Origin: an uncultured Verrucomicrobiota bacterium | GTDB taxonomy: Bacteria; Verrucomicrobiota; Verrucomicrobiia; Palsa-1439 | Direction of reading: 5' to 3' | Length of the DNA: 64,000 nt | Assembly (NCBI GenBank): GCA_964566575.1 | Contig: CAZMKD010000147.1 | Span: 13,001 to 77,000, forward strand | Shown: in pieces, positions 55,440 to 64,000 of the stretch | Numbering within the stretch: the stretch's first letter is position 1 | How the letters are laid out: each line of letters opens with the position of its first letter | Made by a program: the position numbers and the translations under genes | Notes under the pieces: model-generated | What the model was told of the DNA's origin: nothing | Seen by the model: only the letters and a program-made list of their open reading frames with translations | Database searches by the model: none

Positions 55440-55623
55440 GACGCGCGCTTTGCCGAATACCGGCCGTGCCGCTCGGCGACCTTGCTGGGCGATGGTAACC
55501 GGGTCGAGGCGTGGGAATGTAAACCGGCCTCGTAACCGGCGCGCGCCAGCCGCCGGGCGAGATCGCGCAGTTCACTGATTCGCCGCACGGTTTGTTCGGC
55601 GGCAGTGGGCGTGTTCGAACGTT

Positions 55624-56082
55624 TCATCGTCGCTGGCGGAGAAATTCGATGTCGGCCTTGTCGCTGGCCGAACCGCGGAGTCGTTTCATCGCAACCAGAT
55701 CACGGGCATTCACGACCGGCAGTGAAATCTTGCCGAACGGCACCCGGACCACCCGCTTCAATACGTTCTTCATCCGGGTCGAAGCGGGGACGAGCACATC
55801 CACGATCATCACATCTTCAGCCTTGGGCAGCCCCTTGAAAAACCGCTGGAGCGTCAACCCGGCGCGGGCAAATTCCTGCGTCACGGGATTCGCGCGATAC
55901 CGCAACCGCCGCAACGTCGCCGTCGTCGCCGGCAAGTCGTCCGGGTGGACGAGGAAGTCCATATCTTGCGTCGCCCGGACGTACCCATGCAGGCCGACCG
56001 CGAAGCCGCCCGTGACGGCATAGCGCACGTTCGCCCGCGCCAACGAGCGGACAATCCGATCGAATTCAAGATAGAGCGACAT
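55624..56082 (-). CDS. minimal nucleotidyltransferase-fold protein
   Basis: YAVTGGFAVGLHGYVRATQDMDFLV fits the hG[GS]x9-13Dh[DE] pattern, and a third acidic residue follows in IVDVLV. 152 aa. Confidence 0.65.
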   Translation of the reverse strand: MSLYLEFDRIVRSLARANVRYAVTGGFAVGLHGYVRATQDMDFLVHPDDLPATTATLRRLRYRANPVTQEFARAGLTLQRFFKGLPKAEDVMIVDVLVPASTRMKNVLKRVVRVPFGKISLPVVNARDLVAMKRLRGSASDKADIEFLRQRR

Positions 56083-56210
56083 AGCTGAACGCCGGTGAGC
56101 GTAAAGTCAAACCGCGTGCGATGCAATCCGCCAATCGACACGACGCATGATACCCGAATTACCGGCCGATTTGGAGTGCCACCGCTTGGTCGTGGGATTG
56201 TCGGACGCTC

Positions 56211-56597
56211 TCAACTCTTGTCCGAGTCCTCAAACGGACCAAGACGCTTCTGTAAAGTGCGCCAATTTCTAATTGCGTAAATCCAGAATGTCCCAATCCA
56301 CGAAAGAAAAACAACCAGAAACCAGAGATACCGGAGATTGCTTGTCGAAGGTCGTGGACCGGTGAACAGCAGTGCTATGCAGCCAAAGAATGGAATGAAA
56401 ATAAACACCGCGAGTCCACAAAGGAATACGAAAAACCGCCCCCATTCGTTTCTCGTACGACTGATGAGCAGCGAGTAGTAATGAACAAGGATGCAGGTAT
56501 AGAGCCCCAACCCAATTCCGGCAAATAATCGAATTACATATCTCATGCCGTCAGCGGCTAACATTAGTAATGCGACAGAACCTGCGGTGAAAGCCAA
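56211..56597 (-). CDS. hypothetical 4-TM membrane protein (low GC)
   Basis: 128 aa with four hydrophobic helices. GC is about 47%. The gene ends 5 nt from the displaced murJ fragment. Confidence 0.5.
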   Translation of the reverse strand: MAFTAGSVALLMLAADGMRYVIRLFAGIGLGLYTCILVHYYSLLISRTRNEWGRFFVFLCGLAVFIFIPFFGCIALLFTGPRPSTSNLRYLWFLVVFLSWIGTFWIYAIRNWRTLQKRLGPFEDSDKS

Positions 56598-56601
56598 ATC
56601 G

Positions 56602-56805
56602 TCAATTGCCGGGCAGCTTCGCGCCGAACTTCAAGACGCCGAGAAGCTCACCGAACTCCGCCACGCGCAGCAAGGCGCAACATACGCCGAAGACGACCAA
56701 CCCCACGACCATCGAGCCGGCCACATCGAGATACCGGTGCCTGCGAGCACGTGGTGCACGCCCAATATGGCGGCGCTCATCACGGCGGAGGCGAGGCACG
56801 AACGC
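56602..56805 (-). pseudogene. displaced, frameshifted copy of the murJ 3' end (last roughly 65 codons)
   Basis: About 85-90% nt identity to 57505..57710. It encodes ...RYLDVAGSMVVGL(V/I)VFG(V/A)CCALLRVAEFGEL(L/M)GVLKF.AK.P.., with a 1-nt frameshift relative to MurJ. Confidence 0.7.
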
Positions 56806-56859
56806 AGATGGTGACGCGATGATTTACATACCATCGCAGACTGTGATATGTTTGCCGCA

Positions 56860-57090
56860 ATGGAAACAGCCACCGTTACTCTTGAAGGCGACCATCTGAC
56901 GGTTCGATTGCCGAAAGGCGTTCACTTGCCTACGCCCACGGTGTCAGTCCGACACGAAGGCGAGTCCGTCATCTTGGAACCGGTCAAGCCGACCGCGTGG
57001 CCGGAACAATTCTTCGAGTCCATCCGGATTGACGACTTGGCTTTTGTCCGTCTGGCACAAGGATTACCGCCAACGGTCAGAGGTTGGTAG
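56860..57090 (+). CDS. vapB: AbrB/SpoVT-type antitoxin VapB
   Basis: METATVTLEGDHLTVRLPKGVHLPTPTVSVRHEGESVILEPV, a swapped-hairpin AbrB fold. Confidence 0.75.
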   Translation: METATVTLEGDHLTVRLPKGVHLPTPTVSVRHEGESVILEPVKPTAWPEQFFESIRIDDLAFVRLAQGLPPTVRGW

Positions 57091-57099
57091 CCAGCCGGC

Positions 57100-57495
57100 A
57101 TGACCCACCTGCTCGACACCGACACTTGCATCGGGATTCTGCGTCAGCAATCAGGTTTCGTGGAGCGCTTGAGCCGGTTATCGCCCGTCGATGTGGCGGT
57201 GTCCATGGTGACGGTTTATGAGTTGTTCAGCGGCATTGAGAAAACTCGCGAGCCAGCGACCGAACGCCTGAAGGTGGCCCGCTTCCTTGCCGTGGTGAAT
57301 GAACTACCGTTTGACCGGGCCTCCGCCGAAATCGCCGCGCGGATTCGCATGGAGTTGGAGCGCGCTGGCCGCCCCATTGGCCCGTACGACCTACTGATTG
57401 CCGGACAAGCATTGTCTCACGGTCTCATTCTTGTGACCAACAATGTCACTGAATTCCAGCGGGTCGCGGGGCTGACACTCGAATCTTGGTCATAG
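57100..57495 (+). CDS. vapC: PIN-domain toxin VapC
   Basis: MTHLLDTDTCIGIL..., with conserved acidic residues and the GPYDLLIAGQAL... segment. Confidence 0.85.
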   Translation: MTHLLDTDTCIGILRQQSGFVERLSRLSPVDVAVSMVTVYELFSGIEKTREPATERLKVARFLAVVNELPFDRASAEIAARIRMELERAGRPIGPYDLLIAGQALSHGLILVTNNVTEFQRVAGLTLESWS

Positions 57496-57504
57496 TAGCC
57501 CCGG

Positions 57505-59085
57505 TCAGTCGCTCGGCTGTTTTGCGCTGAACTTCAACACGCCCATAAGTTCTCCGAACTCCGCCACGCGCAGCAGCGCGCAGCACGCGCCGAAGACGAT
57601 CAACCCCACGACCATCGAGCCGGCCACGTCGAGATACCGGTGCGCTTGGAGCACGTGGTGCACGCCCAAGATGGCGGCGGTCATCACGGCTGAGGCGAGG
57701 CCGATCTTTACCAGCGATTTCAACAGCGCGCCGGCCTCGACGCGTTCGATGCGGCGGCGCATCAGGGCGAGCAGCAGGAAGAAATTCGTCAGCGCCACGC
57801 ACGAGGTGGACAACGCCAGCCCAGCCGTGCCCATGCCCAAGCGCATCGCGAACAACCAGTCGAGTCCGGCGTTGATGACGATGGAGAACAATGCGACGTA
57901 CATCGGCGTGCGCGCGTCGCCAAAGGCGTAGAACGTGGGCGCGATGACCTTGATGGCGGCGTAGCCGGCCAGGCCGACGGCGAACGCTTGGACGCACAAC
58001 GCGGTCTGCGCGGTTGACGCGGCGTCGAACCGGCCGTGTTGGTAGATGGCGGCAATGATGGGCTGCGCGAGTGCCGCCAGTCCGCACGCGGCCGGCACGC
58101 ACAGAAAGAACGCCAGCCGGATTGACCGGCCGAGGGTTTTCCGAAACTCGACGATCTCGCCGCGCGCGATGTGAGCGCTAGCAGTCGGCAGCGTCGCGAC
58201 CCCGATGGCGACGCCAAACAGACCAATCGGAAACTGTATGAGCCGGAACGCGCAGTTCAGAAACGTGACCGCGCCGTCGCCGAAGTAGGACGCAAACCAG
58301 TTGTCGATGAAGACGTTGATCTGCACCGCCGACGCGCCGAGCACGGCCGGGCCGACGAGTTTGACGACCCGTTGAAATCCCGGGTCGTGCCAGTCGAGAA
58401 TCGGTTCGTACCGGTAGCCGATGCTGCGCAGGCTCGGCACTTGGATGAACCATTGCGCCGCGCCGCCGATGAGCGTGCCGAACGCGATGCCCTTGATGGC
58501 TGCCGGGCCAAAGTTCGGGTCGAACCAATACGCCAGCCCGACGCCACCGATAATCGAGCCGACATTGAACATCATAGAAGCGCTGGCCGGTACGCCAAAC
58601 CGATGTTTGGCGTTGAGCATGCCCATTGCGAGCGCAGCGACGGCGACCATCGGCAGAAACGGAAACATGATCCGCGTGAGCGTCACGGTCAGCTCCGTCT
58701 TGCCGGGAATGTTGGCGAAGCCGGGCGCGATCGCCCGCACCAGCCACGGCGAAGCAATGATGCCGACCACCGTGATCACGCTGAGCAGAATCAGGAGCGC
58801 GTTCAGCACGAGATTGGCGAGCCGCCACGCGCCCTTATCGCCTTCGGCGGTGAGCTTCTGTGAAAACGTGGTGACGAACGCGGCCGAGAGCGCGCCCTCC
58901 GCGAAGAGGTCACGCAGCAGGTTCGGGATGCGAAACGCGGTGACGAACGCATCAAACTCCCGGCTTGCGCCGAACAATGTTGCGAGCACTTGTTCGCGGA
59001 CGAGACCGAGCACGCGGCTGCCGAGAACGGCCAGACTGACGGTGCGCGCGGCGCGGACGACGGTGGGGCGTGGTTGGTCGCTCAT
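57505..59085 (-). CDS. murJ: lipid II flippase MurJ (MviN)
   Basis: 14-TM MATE-like fold with a MurJ N-terminus (...AVLGSRVLGLVREQVLATLFGAS...). The start is assigned at MSDQPRP. Confidence 0.9.
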   Translation of the reverse strand: MSDQPRPTVVRAARTVSLAVLGSRVLGLVREQVLATLFGASREFDAFVTAFRIPNLLRDLFAEGALSAAFVTTFSQKLTAEGDKGAWRLANLVLNALLILLSVITVVGIIASPWLVRAIAPGFANIPGKTELTVTLTRIMFPFLPMVAVAALAMGMLNAKHRFGVPASASMMFNVGSIIGGVGLAYWFDPNFGPAAIKGIAFGTLIGGAAQWFIQVPSLRSIGYRYEPILDWHDPGFQRVVKLVGPAVLGASAVQINVFIDNWFASYFGDGAVTFLNCAFRLIQFPIGLFGVAIGVATLPTASAHIARGEIVEFRKTLGRSIRLAFFLCVPAACGLAALAQPIIAAIYQHGRFDAASTAQTALCVQAFAVGLAGYAAIKVIAPTFYAFGDARTPMYVALFSIVINAGLDWLFAMRLGMGTAGLALSTSCVALTNFFLLLALMRRRIERVEAGALLKSLVKIGLASAVMTAAILGVHHVLQAHRYLDVAGSMVVGLIVFGACCALLRVAEFGELMGVLKFSAKQPSD

Positions 59086-59209
59086 CTCGGTAGGGACGGA
59101 TTGCCGCACAGACGGCGGTGCGGCGTCTCGGCGCAGCGCCTCGGCTGTCCGGGCCGTCCGTCTTGTGTAGTTCGCGGCGCGCCCGGCGGTCGCGCCCTAC
59201 CGGGATTGC

Positions 59210-60310
59210 TCATGTGTGACCGTGCGTCGTTTCGGTTTGCTGCCACAGTTTCAGCACGGCTTCGGTGACTTGCTCAACAGTAATGTTGTTCATGCAGCGG
59301 AAATCAATCGGGCATTTTCGGAGAAAACACGGTGTGCATTCCACAGCGGCGCTCACGACGGCCGCTCGCGGGTCAAGCGGTCCGGTCAGCTCGGCGGACG
59401 TTGAACCGAAGACCGCGACGACCGGCGTGCCGACGGCGGTCGCCAGGTGCATCGGGCCGGTATCGTTCGTGAGGAGTAGTTTACAGAAACCGATAAGTTC
59501 GCAGAGTTCGAGCAGCGTGGTCTTGCCGGCAACATTGACAACCGCGCGGTCGTCGCCAAGGCTCGCGCGCAATTCCGCCTCGATCTTGCCGGCGATTTCC
59601 ACATCGCCGGGGCCGCCGAGTAGTAGCCACCGGCAGGCGACTTCGGCGGAGACGCGCTGGGCGACTTCGGCGAAGCGCTCGGGCATCCACCGTTTGGCCG
59701 GACCGTATTCGGCGCCGGCGTTGAGGGCAAAGACCGGACGCGAGCCTTCGTGGATGAATTTGGTCAGCGACGGCAACTCGCCCGGCGCGAGCCAGATCTT
59801 CGGCCGGGTAATTTCGCGATTGCCGCCTAGGAACCAGATGAGGTCGAGATACCGGTGGGACTGGTGGCGGATCGTGGGGAATGATTTCACCTTGAAGGTT
59901 TTACCAGCGACCGTGATGTCCTTGTACACGGGCCGCTCGGTATGCGGTTCTTCGACGACATGCGTGAGCAGCATGCGCCGCCAATGGCCGGCGAACCCGA
60001 CCCGGGTCGGGATGCCGGCGCGCCAGCACTCCCACGCGGAGCGAAAGGAATTGGGGAAGATGATGGCGACGTCGTAGTTGTGAGCGCGGAGTTGGCCAAC
60101 ATCGATGACCTCGTTGATGTAGGGGTTGTGTCGCCACAGGTCGTGGAGTTTGGCGGGGCAGAGTAGGGTGATGTGGGCGTCGCGCTCCCGTTCTCGCAGG
60201 CGTTGCACCGCCGGCATGGTCATCACGGCGTCGCCGATCCAGTTGGTGGCGCGCACGAGGATGCGAGCGTGGGGCGTGTTAACGATGGCAGATGGTTCGG
60301 ACGGCGTCAT
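59210..60310 (-). CDS. ADP-heptose:LPS heptosyltransferase (glycosyltransferase family 9)
   Basis: ...LLTNDTGPMHLATAVGTPVVAVFGSTS..., the GT9 signature. The start is assigned at MTPSEPS. Confidence 0.8.
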   Translation of the reverse strand: MTPSEPSAIVNTPHARILVRATNWIGDAVMTMPAVQRLRERERDAHITLLCPAKLHDLWRHNPYINEVIDVGQLRAHNYDVAIIFPNSFRSAWECWRAGIPTRVGFAGHWRRMLLTHVVEEPHTERPVYKDITVAGKTFKVKSFPTIRHQSHRYLDLIWFLGGNREITRPKIWLAPGELPSLTKFIHEGSRPVFALNAGAEYGPAKRWMPERFAEVAQRVSAEVACRWLLLGGPGDVEIAGKIEAELRASLGDDRAVVNVAGKTTLLELCELIGFCKLLLTNDTGPMHLATAVGTPVVAVFGSTSAELTGPLDPRAAVVSAAVECTPCFLRKCPIDFRCMNNITVEQVTEAVLKLWQQTETTHGHT

Positions 60311-61439
60311 CAAAGTCTTTCGCTCCCGCGATGATTCGGATTTCCACTCGTAAGAAGTAAACGGGGATGTCTCGTCGGTCGATCTTTGGAAAGCGGACAG
60401 CGTCTTTTTCCGTGGTGAGGATTGCTTTGGCGCCACGCTTGAGGCTGCGGTTGATCATGTTGATGATTTCTTGTTGCGTGTAGCGGTGGTGGTCGGCGTA
60501 CGCTTTGCGGTAGACGACCTTTGCCCCCAATCCTCGCAGACCGTCCTCGAAGCTTTCGGGTGCAGCGATCCCGGAGAGGGCGGCCACATCGAGGTCGACA
60601 AGACGTTTGAGGTCGTGGCGCTCGCCGGTGAAAACATCTTGGAGGTAGAGCGGATGATGGGCGCACTCGATGATTTCGGCGGTCTCGTTGAATTGCCGGA
60701 TGGCTTTGCGGAGTTTGTCCGCGCCGAACTTGCTGGATTTGGTGATGAAGATGTAGCTGGCACGTTTAAGGTTGGTGATCGGCTCGCGGAGCGTGCCGCG
60801 GGGGAGGAGGTAGTGATTGCCGAACGGATTGTTGCGGTCGACAAGACAAATGTCCAACCGGCTCTTGAGCGCGAGGTATTGAAACCCATCGTCGAGCAAC
60901 AACGTGTCGCAGCCGAACCGTTGGATCGCATAGCGGCCGGACTTGACGCGGTCTTTGTCCACAAGCACCACGACATCCTTGAGGTTGGACGCTAGCATGT
61001 ACGGCTCGTCGCCAGCTTGTTCGCTGTCGAGTAGCAACGACTGACCATCGGAAACGACTTTGGGAGGGATCTTGTCTTCTTGAAGCGTCATCTTGGCGAC
61101 GATGCGTTGCCAGAGTGGGCGGGGCGTGCTCTTGTAGCCGCGCGAAAGGATGGCAACGCGCCGGCCAGCATGTTGCAGGGCCCGCGCGAAGACTTCGACG
61201 ACCGGGGTCTTGCCGGTGCCGCCGACGGTGAGGTTGCCGATGCTGACGACTTGGCAGCCAAGTGTGTGGTCGCGAAAGATGCGATGACGCCAGAGGAAGA
61301 GGCGCGCTTGGATGGCGCCAGCGTAGATGCGCGACAAACCCAGCAGCAGTCCGCTGGTCAGGCGCGCGCCGAAGTCGTGTCGGCGTTTGAAAATGACGTC
61401 GAGGACGTATTGCTCGACGGATTCAGTCCATTGCCACAT
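60279..61439 (-). CDS. lpxK: tetraacyldisaccharide 4'-kinase
   Basis: [16 protein letters not shown] (the P-loop) followed by ...ILSRGYKS.... Confidence 0.85.
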   Translation of the reverse strand: MWQWTESVEQYVLDVIFKRRHDFGARLTSGLLLGLSRIYAGAIQARLFLWRHRIFRDHTLGCQVVSIGNLTVGGTGKTPVVEVFARALQHAGRRVAILSRGYKSTPRPLWQRIVAKMTLQEDKIPPKVVSDGQSLLLDSEQAGDEPYMLASNLKDVVVLVDKDRVKSGRYAIQRFGCDTLLLDDGFQYLALKSRLDICLVDRNNPFGNHYLLPRGTLREPITNLKRASYIFITKSSKFGADKLRKAIRQFNETAEIIECAHHPLYLQDVFTGERHDLKRLVDLDVAALSGIAAPESFEDGLRGLGAKVVYRKAYADHHRYTQQEIINMINRSLKRGAKAILTTEKDAVRFPKIDRRDIPVYFLRVEIRIIAGAKDFDDAVRTICHR

Positions 61440-61476
61440 GCGCGGCCATACTGCCGGAGCGCGCGGGAAATATCAA

Positions 61477-61668
61477 TCACGACCACGGACGCAGCAGGCT
61501 CTTGGCGAGGCAATGCTCGTAGTAGGCTTTGCGCTTGTTACGGCTGTGTCGGAAGGTTGGATCCGAAAGCCAGAGCCAGAAAAACTCCAGCCACTGCTTC
61601 ACATTAGAAGGAGGTATCTTACCGTTAGCCATCATGTTGTTTTTACTACAAACGCACTGCCGCGTCAA
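61477..61668 (-). CDS. hypothetical small protein (51-63 aa), low GC
   Basis: MMANGKIPPSNVKQWLEFFWLWLSDPTFRHSRNKRKAYYEHCLAKSLLRPWS. It is AT-rich compared with its neighbours and has no recognisable family. Confidence 0.3.
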   Translation of the reverse strand: MTRQCVCSKNNMMANGKIPPSNVKQWLEFFWLWLSDPTFRHSRNKRKAYYEHCLAKSLLRPWS

Positions 61669-61683
61669 ACGGTAACGCCAAGT

Positions 61684-63609
61684 TTACCGCTGGCTGGCCA
61701 TCTCGGCTTCGATCCCCTTGAGGTACTGGTCTGCGATCGGCTCGATGTTGTTGAGTTGCTGGGAGCGGCGGAGCGCCTCGATCGCACCGGCGATATCGCC
61801 TTGACGATGCCCAAACATCCCGAGCCGCAGCCAGCTGAAAGCGTTGTTTGGGTCTACTGCCAGCGCATGACCATAGGTCCGTGCCGCACTGGCGATGTCG
61901 CCGGCCAACTCGTAGGCCGCCGCCAGCCGCAGCATGACCTCCGACTGGTACGGATTCAATCTCAGCGACTCCCGGTAAGAGTTTACTGCCAGGTCGGCGA
62001 ACCGGCGCTGCTCGCGACTGTCTTCAGGGGCGTCGGCCAACGAGCTTTGCATCCGGTACGAATCGCCAATTTCCGCGAGCGGCTCGGGGTTGCCGGGATC
62101 GTGACGCCGTGCGCGCTCATAGAACGTCTGCGCCCGAGCCCATTCGAATTCCTGACTGGAGTTGTAACCAACTGCCGTGTCGCGTGCGCTCAGACTGAAT
62201 CGCGCACCGAACCAACCCAGTCCGGCCGCCACCACGATCACCCCGAAGGCGAGAGCGAATCGGTTCGGTGTGTGGAACTCACGGTGCCGGCTCTCAGTCG
62301 GGTTTGAGCTGGGCGCGACCGTGAGGGCCATGAGGGTCACCAGCCACATCGCGTTCGCCGGTATGTGGAGATTGAAATCGACGAAAGAATGCACAAGGAT
62401 GGCGGTGACGGCGGCACTGCTGCCCAGCGCGAAGGCGCGCAACTCCACGGATTCATCTTGCCGCGCAAGCCGCCACGCGTGCCGGTAGAAGCAAGCCAGC
62501 ATTATCACGACAAGCGCCGCCCCGATCAATCCATAGTCGGACGCAAGCTGAAGCACGTCGTTGTGGGCGTACTGCGGGCGAATCTGCAAACGCGGATCGC
62601 GATACTTCAGATGCATCCATTCCCACGTCGCAGGCCCCGTACCCAGCCAGACGTGATCCCGGATCATGCGGACGGTCGCGTGCCAGATTGGATATCGGCC
62701 GGAAAGACCCGCCACGATTTGAATTGGCGAATCACCGGGGACGTAGTCCAGCCGCACGCGCACATCTTGTTCGATCCGGTCGCGCACGCGCGGAATGTTC
62801 CACGCTGCGACGCCGATCAGTAGGATGGTGACAAAGACAGAGATGACCAACCGCGACGACAACACCCGCGCCTTTTCCGCCCATACCAACAGAGCCAGAA
62901 GCGCTACTGCGGTGGCGATCCACCCGCCGCGCGATAGCGTCGCAAACAGTCCCAGCGCGACAAAGACGGCGGCGGCCACTTCATAGAGTTTGATGAGGAG
63001 CGTCGATTGGAGGTCGCCGAGCGGGTTGCGGTGGACGAGAAGGCGCGCGATGAGGATCGCCAACGTCATCTCGAACATCCCGGCGAGGTGATTGGGGCAG
63101 AAGTACGTGCCACTCCCGCGACCATGATAGTTCGTGCCGCGGTCCAGCCACAACACCGCATCGGCATGTGTGCGGAATTGCCACAGAGCGTAGGCCGCCT
63201 CGCCGATTGCCAGGATCAGCAGTGCGCCGACAATCACCAGCCGGTCACGTGTCCGATGCAGGTTGCTGGCGACGAGGAAGTAGATGAACGTGTACATGCC
63301 GACCTGATAGAGTTCGAATCGGGATTCGTACTCGATCGGCGAAACCGCATATCGGTACGCCGCGTAACCGGCGAACAGTAGCACCGGCACATGCATGGGC
63401 GACCACACCACTGGGACGCGTCGACATAACAACAACTTGGCGGCCCAAAACGTTGCCAGCAGCGTCACCAACACCACCAAGGGCAACGCGTACTCCGGTA
63501 GCACCCCGCCAAAAGCGATGGTCGCTGTGCCAAGACACAACACCACCGTGACGAGCAAGACAATGTCCAGCGCGGATTTCAGCATCGACTCAGACTGGTA
63601 CGCCGGCAC
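61684..63609 (-). CDS. O-antigen ligase (Wzy_C) family membrane protein with C-terminal TPR repeats
   Basis: A multi-TM region containing the Wzy_C-like loop (...LSRGGWIATAVALL... H...), and C-terminal TPR units (AEIGDSYRMQ..., LRLAAAYELAGD...). Confidence 0.8.
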   Translation of the reverse strand: MPAYQSESMLKSALDIVLLVTVVLCLGTATIAFGGVLPEYALPLVVLVTLLATFWAAKLLLCRRVPVVWSPMHVPVLLFAGYAAYRYAVSPIEYESRFELYQVGMYTFIYFLVASNLHRTRDRLVIVGALLILAIGEAAYALWQFRTHADAVLWLDRGTNYHGRGSGTYFCPNHLAGMFEMTLAILIARLLVHRNPLGDLQSTLLIKLYEVAAAVFVALGLFATLSRGGWIATAVALLALLVWAEKARVLSSRLVISVFVTILLIGVAAWNIPRVRDRIEQDVRVRLDYVPGDSPIQIVAGLSGRYPIWHATVRMIRDHVWLGTGPATWEWMHLKYRDPRLQIRPQYAHNDVLQLASDYGLIGAALVVIMLACFYRHAWRLARQDESVELRAFALGSSAAVTAILVHSFVDFNLHIPANAMWLVTLMALTVAPSSNPTESRHREFHTPNRFALAFGVIVVAAGLGWFGARFSLSARDTAVGYNSSQEFEWARAQTFYERARRHDPGNPEPLAEIGDSYRMQSSLADAPEDSREQRRFADLAVNSYRESLRLNPYQSEVMLRLAAAYELAGDIASAARTYGHALAVDPNNAFSWLRLGMFGHRQGDIAGAIEALRRSQQLNNIEPIADQYLKGIEAEMASQR

Positions 63610-63634
63610 TCGGCAGGCTGCTCGGAACCGAGGA

Positions 63635-64000
63635 TCAGCGGCTAGCCGAGGTCGGCGGAATGCCGGTGACTATCGGCCCAGCACCGTCGAGACAGTAGCC
63701 GTCTTTATCATCAGTATGACTTTGCAAGTGCCACTGTCTGGCGTGGTTGGAAACGATGATCGTGCGACCGTTGTGGCAGAGCAAATTCTTGCCCGGGCAA
63801 AGCCCGAGAATTTGCCCGTGTGCCAGATGGTCCTCCACACCATTAGCATCCACGACGATGGTGTGCACACGCAAGTTGCACATGAACATCTGGCCCGGGC
63901 ACGGCCCGTCGGAGTCGCCGTGTCCAGTGTGAGTGTCCAAAGCACTCTCGTCGATAATAAGTGTCTTGCCGTTATGGCAGACGACCGTTTTTCCCTGGCA
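63635..64000 (-). CDS. partial Cys/His-rich repeat protein; C-terminal part only, the gene runs off the window end
   Basis: Repeated 'C(H/Q)NG(K/R)T(I/L)I(V/I)' and 'HG..(L/I)G.CPG' units. The function is unknown. Confidence 0.35.
   Translation of the reverse strand, partial: CQGKTVVCHNGKTLIIDESALDTHTGHGDSDGPCPGQMFMCNLRVHTIVVDANGVEDHLAHGQILGLCPGKNLLCHNGRTIIVSNHARQWHLQSHTDDKDGYCLDGAGPIVTGIPPTSASR

Noticed and set aside
1-64000. A search for tRNA/tmRNA and rRNA signatures (for example GGTTCGAATCC T-loops)
   Set aside because: No candidate cloverleaf-like segments or rRNA-like conserved blocks were noticed. Every intergenic space is short or already explained.

Overview
This is a 64-kb window of high-GC (about 60-65%) chromosome from a diderm (Gram-negative-type) bacterium; the phylum cannot be fixed from sequence alone. 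It is densely coding and mostly housekeeping, and every gene and motif call below comes from reading the six-frame translations and motifs by eye, without any database search.

Features, from start to end:
- A PTS and ribosome-hibernation cluster on the minus strand: a ptsI fragment running off the window edge, ptsH, hprK and hpf.
- An LPS-transport and Kdo block: lptB, lptA and a single ORF fusing KdsC to LptC. A low-GC HEAT-repeat gene sits in opposite orientation between lptA and lptB. Further on is a kdsB-pyrG-kdsA block.
- parB, tfoX-N, and two peptidases (M48, M28).
- A three-part protein combining a cyclic-nucleotide-binding domain, a degenerate ParA-like domain and a patatin phospholipase.
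- A PaaK-like adenylate-forming ligase.
- An 855-aa secreted beta-helix adhesin whose gene contains about 126-bp tandem repeats.
- A fadA (thiolase) / fadB pair split by a REP-associated tyrosine transposase (RAYT).
- tadA, a ygfZ-like gene, a cyclophilin and a 5'-nucleotidase.
- A large type IV pilus locus: pilC, a sigma-54 activator resembling PilR, a TMTC-like GT-C glycosyltransferase, two major pilins, pilMNOP(Q), three minor pilins and a PilX-like protein. Sigma-54-type promoter motifs sit upstream of four of these operons.
- An orphan NtrC-family regulator, an M50/CBS protease, the CCA-adding enzyme, a ribosomal protein S21 gene with a TTG start that the ORF track missed, and uvrC.
- An envelope cluster on the minus strand: lpxK, a GT9 heptosyltransferase, murJ and an O-antigen-ligase-TPR protein.

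Accessory content worth attention:
- A REP/REPIN family. The 25-nt unit is TGTGGGAGCGCCCTTCCGGGCGCGA. It occurs at seven loci (about 12 arms) within roughly 10 kb around its RAYT. REPINs are inserted in frame inside the fadB-like gene and inside the RAYT gene itself, and single REP arms abut the fadB start codon and supply the tadA stop codon.
- Two scars consistent with decayed integrative elements. In each, a toxin-antitoxin remnant (a truncated relE/parE in one, an intact vapBC in the other) lies between a host gene's current 3' end and a displaced, diverged second copy of that same 3' end. The two host genes are the paaK-like gene and murJ.
- An overlapping two-gene module of unknown function, and a small nucleotidyltransferase-fold gene next to a low-GC four-helix membrane protein.
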